From the NCBI GenBank assembly GCA_025980465.1, contig JAICXJ010000001.1, positions 65,705 through 129,704 on the forward strand: 64,000 bases of DNA. Reading direction: 5' to 3'. Below are positions 59,901-64,000 of the stretch, piece after piece (the stretch's first letter is position 1; each line of letters opens with the position of its first letter). The translations under genes and the position numbers were made by a program. Under the pieces are notes generated by a model, which saw only the letters and a list, made by a program, of their open reading frames with translations, was not told the DNA's origin and searched no databases. Source of the DNA: Frankiales bacterium. Its GTDB lineage: Bacteria > Actinomycetota > Actinomycetes > JAFAQI01.

Positions 59901-60946
59901 TCACCGTCTCTGGTCACAGCGCGACGAGGCTGCCGGCTACCCGAAAACTGTTCGTACAGACCATCCAGGGACTGTCCAACCAGTCGCGGGTCACCTACGC
60001 CGGGATACCGAAGGTGACCGATGTGAGTCCGAACGCAGGCCCCGACAGCGGCGGTACGCCGGTGACCATCAGTGGCCAAGGATTCTTTGGTGTCGACGCC
60101 GCCGATGGCGGGGCGATCGTGTACGTCTATCCGGACTTCGGTCTAGGCAGCTCGCAGCTGTCCGGATACGCGGCAAGCTCGGCCGGGACCTCGATCAGCG
60201 AAACCACGCCTGCCAACAACCCGGGCCAGTTCGTTGTCGAGGTCTGCACCGTCACGGCATGCTCGTCGCCACCACTCAAGCAGTCTGCCTTCAAGGCGAT
60301 CCTGTTCGACTTCTTCGATCCCGGCGATCCGGTGGTGAAGTCGATGTCGGCCCATACCGGGCCTGCTGGCGGCGGCACTCACGTGCGCATCCACGGGTCG
60401 AACCTCTCCGACGTCACCTCGGTGACTTTCGGGGGCCGCAAGGCGAACGCCACGAACCCGGTGCAGCTGCTGACCAACGGCAGCAACACCGAGATCGATG
60501 CCATTGCGCCGCCCGGCCGGCCGGGGACCACCGTCGATGTCATCGTCCGGACGGCGGAAAGCGATCACGGTGGTCACGCGAGCGCGAAGACCCGGGCCGA
60601 CCGCTTCCACTATGTCCGCAGCCGGCCGTCGCCGCCGCGCACGATCACCGTGGTGCGCCACGGCACCTCACCGACCGTTCATTGGTCAGCACCGCTGTCG
60701 AACGGCGGCTTCAAGATCCTTCGTTACCGCGTCACCGCGCACGCCTTGAAGAACAGCGACAAGAAGGGCGCGAAGTCGCCGAAGAACACGGTAGTCGTGG
60801 CTAGCGGTCGCGCCCGAAAGGCGACGCTGAGGGGTCTCAGGGCCGGCTGGTTCTACGAGTTCAAGGTGCAGGCGATCAACCAGAAGGGTGCCGGACGGGC
60901 CGGCCGTAACGGCAAGATCTATCTGATCTCACAACCGGCGCGATAG
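56978..60946 (+). CDS. secreted S53 (sedolisin/kumamolisin-type) peptidase with multiple IPT/TIG domains and C-terminal fibronectin-III domain
   Basis: Signal peptide (AVAVAASLAVVAGALA), pro-kumamolisin-like prodomain, catalytic Ser in GGTSSATP, repeated IPT-like units and a terminal FN3 (WSAPLSNGGFKILRYRV...FYEFKVQA). 1322 aa. Confidence 0.75.
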   Translation: MAQVSGSPGGPVGGSRRGGPRVAGYRRSRAVAVAASLAVVAGALAGGAAVASPAAAHARAYAAVGRAPRVPAGARMIGATDPGRVISAAIALKPRHPQALAAAAAAVSSPRSPSFHHFLAKGDFAAAYGASPETIKAVSAALTASHLTVTNVARDNLLVRFRGTVGAAERAFRTRVADYRLRSGRIGRETTSAASLPASIAGQVEAVVGLDTLLTPTAALRHGTHPASQQASGPTHPLANVTAGPHACGAATDVAKQLGGLTDEQIANAYGVTNLYQAGDVASGQHIGVFELEPFSTADLTAFDRCFFPSQYTAMLGRTHVVTVDGGPGTGPGSGESILDIEDVEGIAPGASVDVYEAPNTSVGSLDEYAQMINDDQDSVISTSWGVCELDESQLEPGYINIENELFEQAALQGQTVFSSSGDSGADTCSNQSPTPVQPDLSVGDPSSQPFVVSVGGTTMSNAGVPPTERVWDDGSVAGSTGGGVSGVWGAPSWQVAVDSADRSAVTQAVNDGLTQCAEAASGGLCRQLPDVSAAADEYTGSITLYASSFGGWSTIGGTSSATPLWAAMTAEINASSQCAGSTQPHGGVGFLSPSLYAIAAVPSEYSASFNDVTAGNNDQYDVNGGRDYAAAKGYDMASGLGTPILAHPGGRAGLANYLCTLGAASVRPAITSVSPDVIPVHPTTPNLVITGTGFSGVTAVSVGGYDVPRSHITVTNAGKEIDVSPVPTGPEVGTGSAGPQDGSGRHLVMVTGSNGMTSIPTASTSVLYVDTNGGTIPSVSGTSPFGGPIDAPSMSVTVYGSGFNSDGGVTGVTVGGVSAPSFTVRSDTQMSVTIPPYVPALTVCAPGDDPTNDVCQAQVVVGNANGDSEVASILPPLTGTPFVGQFGGPPPQCVRNSTCEATPATTEYDYLVRPHIDTFSPDFVSENPGNASTGTITGRGFDSLGFAWVDIGSPSDPNSADINLVSITPTKVQFTVSGHSATRLPATRKLFVQTIQGLSNQSRVTYAGIPKVTDVSPNAGPDSGGTPVTISGQGFFGVDAADGGAIVYVYPDFGLGSSQLSGYAASSAGTSISETTPANNPGQFVVEVCTVTACSSPPLKQSAFKAILFDFFDPGDPVVKSMSAHTGPAGGGTHVRIHGSNLSDVTSVTFGGRKANATNPVQLLTNGSNTEIDAIAPPGRPGTTVDVIVRTAESDHGGHASAKTRADRFHYVRSRPSPPRTITVVRHGTSPTVHWSAPLSNGGFKILRYRVTAHALKNSDKKGAKSPKNTVVVASGRARKATLRGLRAGWFYEFKVQAINQKGAGRAGRNGKIYLISQPAR

Positions 60947-61845
60947 TGGTCTCAGAACTGTTCGATCCTGCCGCCTGGACCGAAGTTGCCGGCTTCGACT
61001 TCGCCGACATCACCTATCACCGGGCGCGGGAGTCCGGCACGGTGCGGGTGGCCTTCAACCGGCCCGAGGTACGCAACGCGTTCCGGCCGTCGACCGTCGA
61101 CGAGCTCGCGGCCGCGCTCGACCACGCCCGCTGCACCTCCGACGTCGGCTGCGTGCTGCTCACGGGCAACGGCCCATCTCCGAAGGACGGCGGCTGGGCG
61201 TTCTGCTCAGGCGGCGACCAGCGGATCCGCGGCAAGGACGGCTACCGGTACGCCGAAGGCGACACCTCCGCGACCATCGATCCAGCCCGTTCCGGCCGGC
61301 TGCACATCCTCGAGGTGCAGCGGCTGATCCGGTTCATGCCGAAGGTGGTGATCGCCGTCGTGCCCGGCTGGGCGGCCGGCGGCGGCCACAGCCTTCACGT
61401 CGTGTGCGACCTCACCCTCGCGAGCCGCCAGCACGCGCGGTTCAAGCAGACCGACGCCAAGGTGGCCAGTTTCGATGGCGGATTCGGCTCGGCGTACCTC
61501 GCTCGTCAGGTCGGCCAGAAGTTCGCCCGCGAGATCTTCTTCCTCGCCGAGCAGTACGACGCCGAGGCCGCTCACCGGATGGGCATGGTCAATGCGGTTG
61601 TCGACCATGGCGAGCTCGAGCGGGTCGCGCTCGAGTGGGGTGCGAAGGTCAACGCGATGAGCCCGATGGCGGTGCGGATGCTGAAGTACGCCTTCAATGC
61701 CATCGACGACGGGCTGGTCGGCCAGCAGCTCTTCGCGGGTGAGGCCACGCGCCTTGGCTACATGACGGAGGAAGCCGGCGAAGGCCGCGACGCGTTTCTC
61801 GAGCACCGTGACCCGGACTGGACGCCGTACCCGTACTACTTCTGA
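60946..61845 (+). CDS. menB: 1,4-dihydroxy-2-naphthoyl-CoA synthase
   Basis: Near-identical blocks to MenB (WAFCSGGDQRIRG, VCDLTLAS, GSFDGG-type region). GTG overlaps the peptidase TAG by 1 nt. Confidence 0.9.
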   Translation: MVSELFDPAAWTEVAGFDFADITYHRARESGTVRVAFNRPEVRNAFRPSTVDELAAALDHARCTSDVGCVLLTGNGPSPKDGGWAFCSGGDQRIRGKDGYRYAEGDTSATIDPARSGRLHILEVQRLIRFMPKVVIAVVPGWAAGGGHSLHVVCDLTLASRQHARFKQTDAKVASFDGGFGSAYLARQVGQKFAREIFFLAEQYDAEAAHRMGMVNAVVDHGELERVALEWGAKVNAMSPMAVRMLKYAFNAIDDGLVGQQLFAGEATRLGYMTEEAGEGRDAFLEHRDPDWTPYPYYF

Positions 61846-61860
61846 GGTCAGCGCGGCGAC

Positions 61861-62286
61861 CTAGCCCAGCTGGTATGTGCCGACGCCGTGGGCGACGAGT
61901 GTGCCCGATGAGTCGGTGACGCTGACCTCGGCGTGACAGATCTTGCGGCCGCGGCGAAGCACCCGCGCGGTCGCGGTGAGGTCGGTTGCTGACGCCGGCG
62001 CGAGGTAGTGCACGGTCAGATCGACCGTGCTGCCGCGGAGATTCTCGGGCGGAACGGCGCCGCACCAGCACGCTGCCATCACGGCGGTGTCGGCCAACGT
62101 GGCGATCGCGCCGCCATGCACGGTTTCGCCGATGGTCGTCAGTTCGGCGCGGTACGGCAGGTGGAGCACGGCCTCGCCGTCGCCAAGGCTGCCGACCTGG
62201 ATGCCCAACAGTGCAACCAGTGGCGAGGACGGGATGAATTCGGCCATCACGTCTCGGCCATCATCGGCACCGGTCGGCAGCGTCAT
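61861..62286 (-). CDS. PaaI-family hotdog thioesterase (candidate DHNA-CoA thioesterase)
   Basis: HGGAIATLADTA hotdog motif. Adjacent to menB. Confidence 0.65.
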   Translation of the reverse strand: MTLPTGADDGRDVMAEFIPSSPLVALLGIQVGSLGDGEAVLHLPYRAELTTIGETVHGGAIATLADTAVMAACWCGAVPPENLRGSTVDLTVHYLAPASATDLTATARVLRRGRKICHAEVSVTDSSGTLVAHGVGTYQLG

Positions 62287-63197
62287 CGCGGCTCCTCTTC
62301 AAGCCAGTCCGGAAGGGCGGTCACGCCGGCGGTGAGCAGCTGGTTGCGAAGTGCGTCATTCCACGGCCGGTACAGCGCCTCGATCTCGCGGCGCAACGTC
62401 TCGGGGACCTCGGTGTGCGGGTGCACCGGTGACTTGTTGAGAGCCTCGTAGCTGCGGCGGGCGGACTGGTAGATCGCCGGATAGCGATGCAGGACCGCGC
62501 GGCCGCGCCGCGCCGCGAATGCGGCGCCGCGCTGCAGCTTCGAGCTTCGATAGGAGGGCGCGCTGTTGTCGATGACCGCGACAGTCGGCAGGAGTTGCGG
62601 GTCGATGCCCAGGCGGCCGCACTGCTCGCGCATCACGGCCATCGCGTCAGCCTTCAGCTCGTCGTAGAAGAACACGTCGAAGCGGTCGGGAAACGCCGCC
62701 AGCCAGGCAGGCATGAAACGCGCGTACTGCCCGGCCCACAAGGCCGTGTAGTTGTTGCTCGCCCGGTCATTCATTGCCTCGGTCGGTACCGACTGGCAGC
62801 GATCCACGTACTCGCGCAACGTCATGGTCGCCGGGACCTGTAGCCGTCCCTGCATGAACTGGAAGAACGAAATCAGCCGGCTGGTGGGTTCCCGGAGAAT
62901 GACGGCGATCCGCGGATTGCAGATGTTCCTGATCGCTTCAGCTGTCGCCTCGGCGCCGTAGAAGTAGTCGGGGGTGCACTCCATCGTGACGGGCTCGCCG
63001 GAGTGGCGACGGAAGAACGCCTCGTACTCCGGCAGTGGCCGCAGCGGCTCGCCGTACCTCACCGCCTGGAAGTAGCGGGTCTCCTTCGTCGAGGAGCTCA
63101 GCACCTGCGGATGCCTCGCCAATGTGTTGAACACCATGGTCGTGCCCGCCCGGCTGACGCCGACGATGATGAAGTTGGGGAGCACTACGGTGACCAT
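62283..63197 (-). CDS. sulfotransferase (Stf0/Stf3-like, PAPS-dependent)
   Basis: N-terminal 5'-PSB P-loop FIIVGVSRAGTT, and a 3'-PB region. Confidence 0.75.
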   Translation of the reverse strand: MVTVVLPNFIIVGVSRAGTTMVFNTLARHPQVLSSSTKETRYFQAVRYGEPLRPLPEYEAFFRRHSGEPVTMECTPDYFYGAEATAEAIRNICNPRIAVILREPTSRLISFFQFMQGRLQVPATMTLREYVDRCQSVPTEAMNDRASNNYTALWAGQYARFMPAWLAAFPDRFDVFFYDELKADAMAVMREQCGRLGIDPQLLPTVAVIDNSAPSYRSSKLQRGAAFAARRGRAVLHRYPAIYQSARRSYEALNKSPVHPHTEVPETLRREIEALYRPWNDALRNQLLTAGVTALPDWLEEEPR

Positions 63198-63902
63198 ATG
63201 TCACTGGATCATCCGGCTCCGACCGAGGCGCAGGTCGTCCTTGTGATCCCGGCATACAACGAAGCAACCCGGTTGCCGGCGACGCTGTCCGCGGTGAAGC
63301 AGCTCTCCGATGTCGCCCTCGTCGTGGTCGCCGACGACGGCTCAACCGATGACACGGCGGCCATCGGCCGCGATCGCGGCGCCGTCGTGGTCAGCCACGA
63401 GCGGCGCCAGGGTAAGGCAGCGGCGATGCTCACCGGTGCCCATGCCGCGACGAGCTCAGGTCATTCCACCGCGCCGCTGCTGTTTCTCGACGCCGACCTC
63501 GGAGCTTCGGCAGCGCATGCTGGGCCGCTGATCGCACCGGTGCTGGCCGGGGACGCCGACCTGACGATCGGCGTCCTGCCGCCGGGCGAACCCGCCGGAG
63601 GACATGGCTTCGTCGTACGCCTAGCCGCGGGCGGGATCCGCCGCGCGACCGGCTGGACGCCGACCCAGCCGCTGTCTGGGCAACGGTGCATCACCCGGCC
63701 GCTGTTCGACCAGGTGCAACCGCTCGCCGACGGCTTCGGCGTCGAGACCGGTATGACGATCGACGCGCTGCGGCGCGGCGCGCGGGTCATCGAGTGCCCG
63801 GTGCCGTTCACGCACCGCGTCACCGGCGCCGGCTGGCGGGACCAGCGACATCGTGCCCGGCAGTACCGAGAGGTCCGGCGAGCCCTGGCGTCGCGCCGCT
63901 AG
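63198..63902 (+). CDS. glycosyltransferase family 2
   Basis: VVLVIPAYNEA and a DDGSTDDT (DxD-type) region. The start is uncertain because the ATG abuts the divergent sulfotransferase ATG. Confidence 0.65.
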   Translation: MSLDHPAPTEAQVVLVIPAYNEATRLPATLSAVKQLSDVALVVVADDGSTDDTAAIGRDRGAVVVSHERRQGKAAAMLTGAHAATSSGHSTAPLLFLDADLGASAAHAGPLIAPVLAGDADLTIGVLPPGEPAGGHGFVVRLAAGGIRRATGWTPTQPLSGQRCITRPLFDQVQPLADGFGVETGMTIDALRRGARVIECPVPFTHRVTGAGWRDQRHRARQYREVRRALASRR

Positions 63903-64000
63903 CGCGCCGAGTCGCTGCGCCGCAGCCAGTCGCGACGCAGGGTACGGCGGTCGCGCCGGGCGCCGAACTCGAACAGCAGCATCGCGCCCGCCACGGGCAG
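63899..64000 (-). CDS. hypothetical protein, C-terminal fragment (gene continues beyond window end)
   Basis: Reverse-strand ORF ...LPVAGAMLLFEFGARRDRRTLRRDWLRRSDSAR* ends at 63899. Confidence 0.3.
   Translation of the reverse strand: MPVAGAMLLFEFGARRDRRTLRRDWLRRSDSAR

Overview
High-GC (~68-70%) actinobacterial chromosome, densely coding on both strands. The backbone is a steroid/cholesterol catabolic region of the kind described in Mycobacterium and Rhodococcus. It includes a clear kstR ortholog (roughly 70% identical to M. tuberculosis KstR by eye, so not M. tuberculosis itself). It has the divergent fadA5-like thiolase / cyp125 pair with KstR operators between them. Downstream of cyp125 sits a translationally coupled module of two DUF35 proteins, Ltp4 and Ltp3. 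Further along are FadE26/FadE27-like and FadD17-like genes, a FadE34-like fused double acyl-CoA dehydrogenase (ACAD), a ChsE/ChsH-like ACAD-hydratase-CoA-transferase operon, and an echA20-ipdABC block for HIP (steroid C/D-ring) degradation. Other genes interleaved with these are lipid-storage genes (WS/DGAT with two alpha/beta hydrolases) and menaquinone-related genes (UbiE-like methyltransferase, MenJ-like reductase, and menB with a thioesterase, sulfotransferase and GT2). There are also a folE operon controlled by an ArsR-like regulator, an ECF sigma/DGPF pair, a 1322-aa secreted S53 peptidase with IPT and FN3 domains, and a LexA-box-controlled DUF222-HNH gene. Many small accessory enzymes are present (VOC, PPOX, SDR, DinB, YdeI, GNAT). 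The most interesting sequence-level observation is a 15-bp palindrome, CTGACG-N3-CGTCAG, present seven times and only in promoter regions. One copy lies in front of a non-KstR TetR gene, and two other copies sit beside KstR boxes. This is consistent with an additional TetR regulon, possibly a functional stand-in for KstR2, which cannot be identified by motif here. Other observations include an in-frame 24-bp minisatellite inside the FadE34-like gene, a cluster of AT-rich palindromic repeats in a convergent intergenic region, a CsbD-like pseudogene and several start-codon anomalies. No rRNA, tRNA, CRISPR or transposase genes were seen. Note that the ORF track reports GTG/TTG starts as M.
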